Of a stretch of DNA of 64,000 nt, positions 27,001 through 42,000 are shown in pieces. How positions within the stretch are numbered: the stretch's first letter is position 1; each line of letters starts with the position of its first letter. The position numbers and the translations under genes were made by a program. The notes under the pieces were generated by a model. It saw only the letters and a program-made list of their open reading frames with translations, did no database searches and was not told where the DNA came from. The DNA is from an uncultured Planctomycetia bacterium (GTDB lineage Bacteria; Omnitrophota; Gorgyraeia; Tantalellales; Tantalellaceae): positions 37,997 to 101,996 of the forward strand of contig CAYZXR010000001.1 in NCBI GenBank assembly GCA_964482475.1, written 5' to 3'.

Positions 27001-30000
27001 ACGCTTGTCCAGTCCGTCTCATCGACAACACCGTCACTATTGATATCTGCCTTGCTATAATCCGCAAGCTGCATCACGTCACCCTTCCTGATCCCCTGCA
27101 GAATATCATTCATAAGAGAAATATCTTCTTGATTGACCAGATCATCATCCGTAATGTCGGTTTCATCCACAAACGCCAAAGCCTGGCTTAAGGCGACCGC
27201 ATCCAGATCATCAATAACCCCGTCCTCATTGATATCCGGTCTGCCACCATCGGCTATCTTGACCTCCGAAATACTATAAATCGTCCCTTCAAGCTCAACT
27301 CTTCCTGTTTCTGTATCGGAAATATACAAGTTGCCATCCGCGTCAATAAAAGTACAGGTCCCGTCATCGTTCATCTTATAGCTATACTCCACGCCCTGCA
27401 CATCAAGAACACCGTCGTATACATGTTCACTTAATTCGTCATATTCCTCAACGATACTAATACTACCTGTGTAGATATCTTTCGTTATGTTATATACCCT
27501 GCCTTCTATGTTAATCTTGTCTATATCAGCATCCGTTGTGTACGCTCTATATCCATCATCCAGCGTATATGTACCGTCATAATTATCAAGCACCTCATAA
27601 AGCACCCCATTAAGATCAACCAGTTGTTCCATTATCGTAACACTTGTCAAATGGCGCTCCTCCAACTCATAATGTCCGGTCAAAGCGTCATATGAAATAT
27701 GAAAAATACCACCGTTCCATTCTATCTCATTTGTCACAAGATTACTTACAGAGCCTCCCAGACTAAAAGTACCATCATCATTCTGTCCTATGCCAATTCC
27801 ATTTTTATCAGATGGATTAAACTTGATAACTTCACGCCCTGAAGCATAGTCAAATCTTGACTCAGCGTAACGGTATTGTTCAACTAAAATGATCTTTCCC
27901 GTTGCATAGTCAGTCTCTATATCATACGTTCTACTTCCCAATATAACCGTTCGATTTATCTCACTTAGGATTTCCCCTCCACTATATGCCGCAAACAGAT
28001 ACACACCATCCGGATTCGCTAGAACATCATAGATTTCATCGTCTACCTCTATAGTCTGATCAGCGACTAAATAGCTCTCAACATGTGATTCAACTAGCTT
28101 AATATCTCCAGTTATTTGATCAATCACGATATCATACACAGTTCCCGCAACATTAACTTTCGTCGCACCTTTGCGCGTTGTATACTCATCTTCTTCGCCC
28201 TCAAAAGTATACGAACCATTTTTATGGTTTTTAACCCTGTAAAATTCACCATTCAGAGATATCACCTGGTCATATACCATCCGGGCCATATCAGCAATCT
28301 TTTTAAGAGTTACATTCCCGGAATTGTTAACGCTGATATCGTATTGCTCATTTCCGATTGTAACAACTCCATCATACGTGCTTACATACTGTTCTTCGTC
28401 CAACACGAAAGTATATGTTTCATCCTCGTTGTTTACAACATCCACTGTCAGGCCTTCAAGATCGATCAACTGATCTGCCAAATGCTCACTTGTCAGATAC
28501 GCGCCTTCTCGTTTTTCCAAAATCACATCGCCGTTGTGTTCTATCGTCAGATCATATATTTCTTCGTTAATCTCAACTATATTCAGCCCGGGATAACTAA
28601 TATAGGTATGTTGTCCGTCATCAAAAATATATTGACCATTACCCAAATCATTTACCGCGTAACGAATACCATCTAAGACAATAACTTCATCCGCGACAAA
28701 AGAGCTTGTTGTACTACCCGCTTCAACCAGTTCTAATTCTATTCCATTGATTACACCTAAAGCCATATCCGCCAGGACATCTGTGATCCTGGATACATCT
28801 TCCGAATTAACTTGTCCATCACCGTTTATATCAACTTGTCCGCTAATCGTGTTCGACAACAGCCTCATATCCTGATCGTTCACAACACCGTCATCGTTTA
28901 TATCCGCTTTGTTCAAAGTCCCGGGCTGCAATTGATCTAATTGTTCCATGCTACTCATTGCTCCCTGCAACTGAACCAAATCATCGACATCATATACACC
29001 ATCGGCGTTAAAGTCGCTTGTATCGACAAGAGGATAATCCCTGATCGCTTCACGGAGTCTGGCAGTATCTTCGGTTGTCACTGACCCGCTTCTGTCAATA
29101 TCCGCGCGCCTAACCATATCCTCAGAGACTCCTAGAGCCATAGCTTCCGCAATTTCCTCCATACGCTGTACATCCTGCTCGTCAAAAACACCACTTAGAT
29201 CAACATCCAGATCCTGGCTCAGTATTTCCTGTAAATCATCAGCATCGGTTTGATCTAGAACGCCATTATGGTTAACATCGGCGCTTTCAACCACGTTCGG
29301 CTGTAGCACCGGAGCCACCAGCTCGCCGTTATTGACGTTATCGTCGGTATCGTCGTAGTAAACCATCTCGTTCGGATCATACAACTTGTTATAAATATCC
29401 ATGAAAATATCATAATCTTCTCTTTCCGTCTGACCACTTCCATCAATATCATACTTATTACGCACAATATCATAGAGATCATTGGCATCCGAAAAATTTA
29501 CCGACCCATCTTTATTCACATCCGCTATTGCTTCCCAATCATTAATATTGTCAGTTGTGATCTTTGCTCCTCCTCCAAGAGGATCTTCATACCACATTGT
29601 CTTTTGGATGCTTTGAATATCAATGCTGTCAACTCTGTCATCACCGTTAACATCTTTATAGTTTCCGCTTATTTCCTCAAATAGTTCGATATCATTTTTA
29701 TTTAAGATCCCATCCTTATTAAGATCAGCTTTTTTTACGACTTTCGGCTGCTGCAATTGTCTTTTATATACATCCGACAAAGCATATGTCGTACCTTTGA
29801 TATCAACACTATCTTCACCTGTCTCTTCGTCGTAATAGCTATAATAAGTGTTTATCTTGTCCTTGAACCTATATGTACCATCTTCTTCATCTCTTGTGAC
29901 CCTATAGTTAGTGCCCTCGATTACAACCGTGTGTTCATCATCCGTTCTTTCGGTATCCGGTCTTTCGACTAAAGTTACTTTGCCTGTTTCAATGTTAGTT

Positions 30001-33000
30001 GCGATCTCATACAAAACCTCATCCAGCGCAACTAACTCAACATTCAACCCGTCTTCAAGCGCAAAATAGCTTCTTTCATATAAACCTTCTTTTGTCTTAA
30101 AATTATGCGTGCCATCGTCCATGTGTGTAACCTGATAGTCCACTCCCATAGCCCTAATTGACTCATCCGCTGTTTTCGTACTAACAATGATCGGACTGTC
30201 TATTACGGCATTGCCCTCATCACCTATAGTGATTTCCAGAACCATACCCTTAATATTAAGCAACATTTTCTCATCTTCCAGATAGCTAAGGTATTCGTTC
30301 GTCCCGTCATTAAACGAATAGATACCGTCAGAAATGGTTGTCACTATGTATATAGTGTTATCTATCTCAAGCGTCTGGTTATCAACTGTCTGGCTGCTTA
30401 ATGGAAGGACTCTTTTAAGAATAACAGCCGAATCAATCTCAGAAATAGCGTACTTGACACCTTCAAGATCAACATAATGCGTTAAGCCTTCTTCATAGCT
30501 GTCAGCCGACATCACTCCGTTAAATATCCTGTATCCTTCGTCCTGTATAGAAACATTGTAGTCAATACCATCCAATCTTATCACGGTATCCGCGGCTTTC
30601 ACACTTGAAGAATCCACTGATTCCAAACTCAATGTTCCATCAGCGTCTTCAATCACTGTTAAAGTTACTTCATCAATCGTTACCTGACTTTGATCATTGC
30701 TATCAGCGAATATCTCTCTCTCGATAGCTATATCACCCGAAACTTGATCAAGATCAATACTGTATTCCTTATCGCGAATATTGACCTCATTGTTTTCATT
30801 TAAATAATAAAACGTTTTTTCAACAAACTGACCGAATTTTATACTGCCTATCTGCAAAGGACAGTTGCTATCGCTATTCGTCCAAACCAGTTTAACTTCA
30901 TTCGTTCCTGACCCCAGATCAATGTCAAGCATGCCCGTAACAAACTCCCCACCATTCACCGGAACTTCGATCGTTCCTTGCTGTTCACCATTGACATATA
31001 CGGCAAAATTGTATTTGTAAGTAGAATTATCTCCGTAATGATATCCGTCATAATAATAGGAGCTGACCGGTTCCAGAACCTGCCTTGTATCAACGACAAG
31101 ACTATGTAACCCCGCTTTGTCCACATCTAACATATACGTTAAATACGCGCCTGAGCCCGCAGTATTAAGCATATTGTCCGAGATCGTCCAATCCGAACTT
31201 CTGTCAACAGTATCCACAACATCCTGTTCTTCAAAAACCTTTTCCATATCCAACGGACTTCCTGAAGCAACCTGTATTCCATAACACCCGATTTCGTCCT
31301 GAACCCATTCAAAAGTGTAATCATCAATCTCAATCGTATTATCTCCGACATTTACACCTTCCTCCGTTTTACTTACCTTGTATGTTCCATCACCGTTATT
31401 CAAAATGTCATATTCCTGACCATCTACTGACACCTTCTGATCATACGTCTCAAAGCTTCCAAGATCCGGCTGACTCAAAATAACTTTATCACTCACAATA
31501 TCTTTTTTAATATCGAATGTAACCCCTTCAATGTCTATCTGTCCTGTATCCTTATTGCTAGTATAAACATCAGTATCCTTATCCATAACATTGAACGCAT
31601 ATAAACCATCGGAATCTGTAATCAGATTGAATATTTTTCCATCAAATTCAAAAGAAGCGCCTTGTGTAAACTGAGATTTTTGTGTTGTAAATATCGTGTA
31701 ATCTTCTTCGTTGATCCTAAAATCAGCATTAAAATCCACCGGATCATCGCATGCTTCTATAAATATACTTTCCACTAAAAGGCCTTCATCAAGCGAAGGT
31801 TCATCCATGCTTTCAAACTTTAATATGTGCCAGCCCGCTTCCAAATAAACATATTCTTCGGCTAACTCGAGTTCATTGATATTCCTCAACACTTCAAGTT
31901 CCGTGGTTTTCTCGCCGTCAACATAGATCATAAAAGAAGAATATTCCGGTTCCGGCGAATCCTTGACGCCCCAATACTCTACCCATTCATCGGATGAACC
32001 TGTTTCCTTAACACCTATATGTTCTATTTCAATGTTACCGTAGTTTACACCGCTATCAATCACCGGATAGAAACAGAAATTACGGATCGTCCCGGACCAA
32101 TTCGCGTTGTCCGCCATGTCGATATAATAAGTATGATATTCCCCGTCAGGTATGATGAGAAAATCTTGATACCCGGCTCCGGAACTGCTGTCCCAATACA
32201 ACCGCGCGGTGGTACCCGAATCGGCTTTATATTTAATTTCAGCGTATTTATTGGTGTCTGCGTTAACATCAATCGAATACGGACTGGCGAAACGCGGACT
32301 CGTACCCGTAATCTGGGCTGATATAGCTCCTTCCGGAGTATAGGTAAACGAACTCAGGCCGTAATATGATGACGCGTACCATGGTTCATCATATGTGCCA
32401 CCGGACCAGTTCACTCTATATTCATAAACCGTATCATTCTTAGCCGACAGTCCAACTTTATGATACCCTGATTCTTCAATGTTCACTTCATAAGTGATCG
32501 GCAAATATTCTCCATACCCATACATGTCGTAGCCCGATCCTAACGTGCTCACTTCAGCACGGTGCAAAACATCGCCGTCCTTTACCCACTCATGGTAGCT
32601 TTCATCCCAATAATAGTCTTCATGATAATAGTCTTCATCAATTGCTCTTGAAGACCAGAGATCCGCGGCATTTATCTCTATCCTCTGCTGGCTAATGGCA
32701 TTCCGAACTATAGCGTCATCATCGTCTCCCACTATGCCATTATTATTCAGATCAATCTCTAACTTCTTAACCAACTCAACTCTTCCATCCGTTTCGTCCT
32801 CAAGCACCAAATAAACCACATCATCGATCTCAACATTATCAACAGGAATCTTATCTTCCTCAACAATAACAAAATTATCTATTCCCCATGATGCTCCCGT
32901 TGCCCCTTCATTAAGTGTTGATCCGAATTCTAACACTAATTCATCTGTACTGTTTGTAACTAGAATGGGTATTTCTACATGTTGTACAAAATCATTATAA

Positions 33001-36000
33001 TTACTGCGGGTTCCTTCCAGATTGGATGTACCCTGGCTATACGTGTGTACCTGGCTCCAAACTTCCACCCCGTTAACTTCTAGATATCCTTTTTCTCCAG
33101 CATCCCAACCATCAATAAAATAATAATCAAAACTTATTGTTGCTTTGCCATATTCAGAAGTCTGATTAAAAGTCTTTTTAGCAACAACATTTTGTCCAAA
33201 ATTGCCATATCCACCCAGGATAGTCTCTCCACCGGCCACAGTTGTTTCTGTTCTGGTCCAATCAGCTACCGTTCCATTGAAATTTTCACTATACTTGACC
33301 GGTAAATATGGCGTATATCTACTTCCTTCAGAATCAAGCGCATAGTACTCATCATCAAGCCTCTGTCCCACATAATAAACAGTGCCATCAAGGTTGACTT
33401 TCTCTAATTCTGATGTATCCATATATTGCGTATGGAACATATCTAGGTCTGCTTCATTAACAACTGAATCATTGTTCAAGTCAGATTTTCTTTCGTACGT
33501 ACCGGAGGTTATCGCGGCCAGAATAATATTTTCATCCTCTATGTCTATCTGTCCGTCCTCATTTACATCCGCCGTTAGATATTCGACCAATGAAACACTA
33601 CCCGTTTCGTTTCTCTGGACCAGATAAACCGTACCATCGATCTCAACATTGTCGGCTGTACCCTTGCCTTCCGCGGCAATAAAGAAATTATCCAATCCCC
33701 ATGACTCATTTGTCGCGCCTTCGTTGACTGTTGATCCAAATTCTAATACCAATTCATCTGCATAATTCGGCACAGTGATCTCTACATGCTGCACAAGGTC
33801 GTTATAGGACCACGTACCGGACAAATTAGACGGACCCTGACTATATGTGTATGTCTGGCTCCAAACTTCCTCACCGTTAATTTCCAGATAACCTTTTTCA
33901 CCATCCCAGGAATCAAGAAAATAGTAATCAAAGCTTATCGTAACTTCATCATATTCGGAAAACTGGTCAAAGATTTTTTCGTCCGTCACGTCCTTGCCAA
34001 ATTGACCATATCCGCCCAGAATAGTCTCTCCACCTGCCACAGTTGTCTCTGTTCTTGTCCACCCGGACACATCATCGTTGAAATTTTCAGAATCTTCTAC
34101 ATATGGCAAGTGTGGCGTATACCTATTGTCTTCAAAATCAAGCGCATAATACTCACCATCAAGCCTCTGTCCTACATAATAATCAGTACCGGCAAGATCG
34201 ACTTTCTCTAATGCTGATGTATCCATGTATTGCATATGGAACATATCTAGGTCTGCTTCATTGACAACTGAATCATTGTTCAAGTCAGATTTTCTTTCAT
34301 ACGTACCGGCGGTTATCACGGCCAGAATAATATTTTCGTCCTCTATGTCTGTCTGCCCGTCCTCATTGACGTCCGACACTAGGTGTTCGACCAATGAGAC
34401 ACTTCCCATCTCATTTTCCTGAACCAGATAGATACTACCATCGATCTCAACGTTATCAGCGTTAACGAAACCTTTCGCCTCAAAAACCAGATTATCCATT
34501 CCCCAAGATTCGTCCGTCGCCCCCTGATTAAGTGTCGACCCGAATGTTAATGTCAACTCATCCGCCGTGGCCTTGGACATAGTCAGCTCTACATGCTGTA
34601 TAAGGTCATTCCAGCCACCCGTGCCGGACAAGTTGGTCGGGCTCTGACCACATGAATGCGCCTGACTCCAGACCTCTTCACCGTTAATCTTTAAATATCC
34701 CGCTTCTCCATCCCAAGAATCAATAAAATAATAGTCAAAACTTATCGTCACTTCCTCGTATTCGGAGAGCTGGTCAAAGGTTTTTTCGGCTATAGCACCT
34801 GAACCGAATCTGTTGTACCCACCTAAAATGGTCTCTCCACCAACCACGGACGTTTCCGTTCTGGTCCAACCGTCAATTGTCCCATCAAAATCATCAATGT
34901 TCCATATCCCGGGTGCACTTGGTATATACTCATTCCCCTCTCTATCAAACGCGTAGTATTCACCGTCGATACGCTTCCCTATATAATAAGAACTACCGGC
35001 AAGATCAACCTGGTTCAATGCTGAAGTATCCGTATATTGCATATGAAAAATATTCAGATCATCATCATTAACAAAACCGTCGGTGTTTATATCCGCAGCT
35101 TCATTGTATATTTCCAGAGCTGATGTCATGATACCCGCGTCCGTCTCATCGACCTGTCCATCTCCATTAAGATCACTTCTTAAAACCTCTGACAATGAAA
35201 TCGTTCCGAGAGACTCATCAACGGCATATGCCCTACCGTCTATTTCGACTATTTGACCCGTTGAAGTACCTGTTGCTTCATTATTCCGTAATGTGTATTC
35301 ACCGGAAACATCATCATAAATAAGTGCATACTGAACGCCATTAGCAGTCACGCTATTGTCTGTCAAATGTTCGGAGAAAATGGTAAAATCAACATTTTCT
35401 GGAGTATCTCCCGCGACATAGTATCTCCTATCATTAATCTCCAGATAACCTTCCGCATCCGGTTTAATGGTGTCTATACCGTCATTGAAATCGAATGACC
35501 CGGAACCATCCGCAACTACGGTTAGCAGGTCGTTACCGGCAGATATTATTTCTTCCGTAACCTCCGTTGCTGCTTTATTGGACAACAGCTGCAAAGGTTC
35601 CAGTCCAGCTTCGACATTAGCTATCTGATATTTCTCTCCGCCAATATCAACATACCATTCCCCGTTTTCCTGATAGGGATCGTACGATTGTCCCGAATTC
35701 TGCGAATAGAACTGATACCAGTAAATACTTCCATTATACTCCTCAAAATTCCAGGAGAACGTCTCTCCATTAACTATAAGGGTGCCTCCCTTATAATAAC
35801 CATCACCCCAGTCATCGTTCCACGATATCTGTTCGTTCTCAGAAACTCTGACAAGTCTTGTAATAATCTCAAGATTTTCCAAATTATCGCCTACAATATC
35901 GCAAATAGCACCGTCAGTGAATTCGACAGCATTAGTCTCAGGATTGCTTCTAAATTCGTTCAGACCATCAGAAAACACATAAACTACAACACCGCCTACC

Positions 36001-39000
36001 TCTTCCATTGTTATCATGTACATCTCATCGGAAACGGCTATAACCCTGTCAGCTACGTGGGTAATAGTTGTTCCCGGCTGGCTTACTACAGCAATATCGG
36101 CAGCTGTTGTTCCGTTTATACCATAAACCGTATCTCCTATTTGGACTGACTCGCCACTAACACATGTGTAAATATCCCCAGTATTTGTATTTTCAACAGA
36201 ATATACACTAGTCGCATCATCATGATTTATCGTGTAATAAACACCGTCAAGAGCTATCCAAGTCTGTTCGCCCACCGTATAAGTAACCGGTTTTTGTGTT
36301 AAAATAATATTGCCTGATTCATTTTCAACAATATCGTACGTAACCATATCGATAAATACTGTGTTACCCTCGATACTTGTAATAGTTGAATTATCAAAGG
36401 CGGTAAACACATAAACCCCTTCCTCCGTTTTTTTAACGTCATAAATCTTATTGCCTACTTTAAGAGCTTTTACATCGCTGATCGTACTGATTACCGGAGC
36501 CTCCGCGAGAATGACCTCGCCTGTTTCGGCTACTTGATCGATCAGATATTTTGTCCCTTCAATAACAACTTCGGAAGCGTTTACACTTGTATAACTAACA
36601 TCGCCGTTAGTAAAACCAAGCTCGCCTCCGTCCTCCGCGATATCATAGACTTTATTCCCTACTTTAACCGCTTGCGTATCGTTAACTGTGCTTAATATCG
36701 GCGCCTCCGCGAGAATGACCTCGCCGGTCGCCGCTACTTTCTCAATTTGATATTTTGTTTCACCAATAAAAACATACGTAGAATCTACACTCGTATAGCT
36801 CGCGTCAACACCAATAAAAACTAACTCATCGCCCTGTTCTACAACATCGTAAACACCACCCGCTACCACTATCGCGTCAACACCAATATATTCACTCTTT
36901 ATTGGCCTTTCAGATATCAAACTTACTTCAAGTGTTTCAGGATTCTGATAGATATAATACGTTTTATCTCCGACCACTATCGTACCCTCTTCAGTACTTT
37001 GAACTTCATAGTAATTGGACCCCAGCGTATAGGTGCCATCATCGTTAACAAAAACCATGTAATTTGTTCCGTCAATCAGGACCATCTGGCTATTAACTGA
37101 TTGAATACCTGCGGCTAATTCCATTAAACTGACGATATCCCCATCAATGGTAATACTGTATTCCACGCCACGTAACTTCACAGTACCGGTTGTACTATCA
37201 CTTTCATAATCGTTTGTCCCATCTGACAAGATTAAAGTCTTTGCTCCCTGGTCATCAAAAGCAACCGTATAGCTATATACTCTGCTATTTAAAAGCATCG
37301 TATTTTCGAGTACCGGTAAACTTGCTATCGGAATTTCATCCAACGTTAATTCATTCTTACTAGGATCAGCGGAAATTCTGTAATACGCCCCCTGTAACAA
37401 TATCCTCTCGGCATCGACATCTATGAAATACTTGTGAGTATCATGTGATAACGTGAAGGTATTATCATCATTCTTGATAGCGTTGTAGGTGATACCCGCT
37501 ACCTCTATAGCCATATCGTACACCATTTCACTCGCTATTTCGACTGCCGCGAGTGTAACGGTATCACCACTAGTTACATTAACCTGATATTTTACTCCGG
37601 CCAGGTCCACAGTCATATCGGCGTCGCTTACATGGTAGTTTTCTCCGTCATCAAAAGCAAAAATATATCCATCACCCTCAATCTTTTTGTAGCTATAATT
37701 TCTTTCATCCACCTTAATAAGCGCATTATCAATATTCTCACTTGAGATAACTTGTTTATTTTCGGCTTTTTCTTCATCAAAGATAGCGAGGTCTTTGTCA
37801 TCGATTACAAAGTCACCATTTATATCCGCCATGTTGACTTTATGATCTGCAACAAATACATCTTTTACCTGCACGCTCAAAGAACCATATTGATCTATTT
37901 CGTTGTAAATACTTGAAATATCCCAACTGATCTTTATTTCATGTTCCCCTTCTGTCAAGTAAAGCTGGCTAAATCCCTCGTTATACTCTTCTTCGGCTTT
38001 AACGCTGAATTTACCGGAATATATACCATCGACCCAGACCTTGAAATCGTAGGAATAATCCAAGAAAACTTTATCATCACTGGCATCATAATAATCTTTC
38101 GGGCTGTCTATGTCTTTATATGCTTTCGCAAATAGACCCACATCAAACACACTTGATGAATCAACATCAACTTTATAGTTCATCTCGTTGATAGAGTATT
38201 TATCGGTTCCGTCAAAGATCGTTTCCTTATCATAATTATTATAATTCTCCATCATTACCGGATCTTCCGAACGCGTCATGTAAGGATCGTAATAATCATC
38301 AGATTCCGAAACTTCAACATAGTCATTTACATTTGCGTAAAGTGTGTCACCGTCTGAATAGAAGCCATATGTGTCTTTGGCGCTTACATACTGACCAAAC
38401 CCATCGTTAATTTTATACCGATGTTCAGAATCGTCCTCATCAACAGTAACTGAATAGAATCTTCCATCGATCTCAAGCTTCTGAACTTCATATGATTTAA
38501 GGCCTTTTTCCTGAAGCGTAATAATATCATTTTCGTCTTGTTCCATATTGTAAATAACTCCGTCAAGACCGATTGTCGAAGTTGCCGGATCGCTATAATA
38601 AATGCTTTCACCGTCAGTGAAATAATATACATTTGCTTCTGGGTCTTCCCCATATTTGTAATAAACTAGACTAGTTCCGTTAACAAAAATCTCTATTGGA
38701 TCATCACTTACCGGTGACCCCGCCATTACAGCAAACTCTTCACCGGCAACTTCAATTATGTCAGCCGTTTTACTTGACGCATACGCTTCAGAAATTACCA
38801 CATCCGCGTTGTCCGGACCGGTCGCCGTTATGAAATACTTTTGGCCCTCTATTTCTATCTCGGATCTATAAAGCGCAAAAGCACCAATTCCGACATTTCT
38901 TCCATCACGATCTCTCGGATAATAGAGCATACTTTTTAACGATGTATATGTATCTGTACCGTCCGTTAGCGTATAGTATTTTACATCGTGCTGTTTTTGC

Positions 39001-42000
39001 TCATAAGTATTTTGATCGTGTGCCTCAACACACGCTTCTAACGTCGCGGTAAATTCGTAATAAACACCATTCAGAACCATTCCCCCGGTCTCAAGCTTAT
39101 ACTCATTATGTTTTTCTGTTAGCTGGATATCACCAGATTCTGACCAGGCGACGCGATAATCTTTTCCCCCTATGTTTACAACTTCAGTATCGTCCTCTAT
39201 TTTACTCAAGTAACGCATATGGTCATTATCCCATCTTATAAAAGTATGAGTACCATTATCGTTGAGCATCACCTCATAATAATATCCACCGAGCTCAATA
39301 GCGGTATCCGATATCATCTCGCTTTCATACGCGCTTACTCTTTCAAGCAAAACTTTTCCCCTCGCGTCGGTAGTGATTGAATACCCCTTGTCATCGATGA
39401 CAACAAGATTGCCAACATCGTTACTTGTATAACTTGCTCCCTCTTTCTCATACGCAGCTGTAAAGGTATAGCTGCCGTCAGTCCCCTCAGTCACAACAAA
39501 GAAATCATCACCTATTGCTATGTCCGGCAATGTAAAACTATTGATATAATGTGCCATCAAATCAGCGTTACCGGGATTGTTTTCGTCAACTACAACATCA
39601 TACGTAATGCCATCATCTAGGGTAACTTTATTTGTAAATGGGTTAGTCTCATATTCCTTCGGATAATAGGAAGCACCGAAATCAGAATAATTCATATCCC
39701 TCGAACCCGAACCTACAGAAACGGTATAAGTACCTTCACTTCTTGACGTCATGTAAACCTCACCATCAAGTTCAATACCCGGACCAACTTCGGTGATATA
39801 TTCAACTCGTCTCAAAGCCAGCTGACCTGTTTCGGTATCCTCTAATACATAATATTCATGACCATCAAGATAGACCGTACTTGATTCGGTAAGTGAGTGA
39901 GTATCCGTTCTGTCACTTATGTAATACTCTCCGTTATCGGCCTTAAATACATCGTAGAATTCGTTTGCACCATCCAGCTGGACAGTATTCACATATGTCA
40001 CCGAAGGCTCTTGCTCCATTCTTCTGATAACCACTTCACCCTGTTTATCTTCTCCATCCAGGGTTTTAATGTTATATGAATATGTCACTATATAATAGTG
40101 GTTGTATGCTGATTCCGGCGGAGTATCTTCCATGCCATCCCAACCCGCCTTAAGCTCTTTGATTTCTTGAACAGCCCTGTCATTTTCAATATACTCAGCG
40201 CCTTTAACGTTCTCACTAGTGAGTTCCTGTACTGTAAGCGTCACATTACCTGTAAGCTGTTCAATCTCAACCGTATAAACTGTACCATCTTCAGTATCAG
40301 GAACCTTAATAGTTTGAGTTTTAGGATCTGTGAAATACGCTTCACCTGCGCTATCAGTAAACTTATAGTAATATACTTCCTCTTCATCAGTATAAAGCTC
40401 GTATACATCTTCTGCCTGTTCGATGGTAAAGATATCGTTTCCTATCTTAATTAACTCTTCCTTATACGTGGCAGTCTTTGGCGTGCCGTCTTTTACTACT
40501 GCGTACTCTTCTGTTACCGGGTTCTGGAATATTCTATACGTATTGCCTCCGGCTTCAAATGTATTGGTATATTCATCATAGTGGAAAGTCTCCTCGTTTT
40601 CCGCCTTCATAACATCGGCCAATGTGTATACCTTCCATGTATCGTCACCATCAACTTTCTCGCCTTTCATATACTCCAGCAGAGCAGTCGGTTTATTTGA
40701 ATAGTAGCTATAGTTAGCATCATACCCGGTATCTAAATAGTAGCTCTCATCTATTACACGCGTCCCGTCTATCTCGGAACCCAGACTTACATCAAAATTC
40801 CAACTTGTAGCAACGACCTGATCTAATGACGCAAGACCATATGTTGCATGCTCAACCAGACCTATCTTGCCGGTTTCCGCGTCATAAGTAATATCGTAAT
40901 CCACCCCATTTAAGCTAAACCCTTTTCTATAGGATTTTGCTTTGTTTAAATTAGTTGTCACTTCATTCCCATCATCAAAATAATAACCTACGTCATTGTT
41001 ATATTGAGGGCTGAAAACTCTCTCGATATCTGTTTGATATATCGTAACCGTCTTCGTGGGTTGATAGAAGTTACTAGTCGCATATACTGTCATCTCATTA
41101 GCATCTTCATACATGTACGGATCATAATAATAATCATCCATATCGTTTATCGCATACTCGTAAGTATACGAGTTTGGCGTACCGAACAGAATATCGTTAT
41201 TTCCCTGATAGTTAGAATCACCGTAAATATCGTTATTATACCGACCTGTAAAGGCCTTTAGCAACGGATCAGTCATCCCCATCATCATATAGTCAGCATA
41301 CGCATTCTTGTTTATACCTTTATATTGGTCTTGTGAATACAAGTAATCCGCATACCTGGCAACCATTTCCATGGCGTTATAATCTTTAACCCATAGGTTA
41401 TCGTATGTATCACTCTCACCATGTGTATAAAAAAGATCATATAGCTGTTTGACGTCTTCTGATGACTGAATATAAGGATCTTCATCGCCTACCTTCAACG
41501 ACTCAGGCGGCCAGACATCATAATATGAACCATCATAAGCGTCCGGATTTAGATACGCTTCTTGATATAGATCAAGCATCCCAGTCTTATACAAAGTGTA
41601 CCAACTATACCAAGAATAACTACTCCATTGATCTCTTGTTTCAATATCCTTGGTTACATCACGAACTTCTATATAATCCATCGCGTCTCCCGCGACATGC
41701 TTTTCTTTTAATGTGAGCTTGCCGGTTTCAGGATCTGTTCCTACTTTATATTCCTTGCTGCCGACAGTAACTTCTCGCGCGGCGACATACTGATTATCTC
41801 CTTCAGAAAATACATACTCCCCATGCTCATTTTTTGTCACGCTATAAACACGTTCCTCATCTCCGAGCCTGATCAAATCCTTACTAATAAGAATACTGCT
41901 TGTATGTATCTCTACCAAACTCACAAAACCAGTGACATTATCGTAGTTCACGTTATAAATGCGTCCGTCACCAAGCGTCACCGTATTAGTGTCTATATCA

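Noticed and set aside
27180-27240. An apparent pair of compensating frameshifts inside a dockerin repeat.
   Set aside because: It was caused by my mis-copying one line by one base. With the sequence as given, the frame is continuous: ...KIADGGRPDINEDGVIDDLDAVALSQ...
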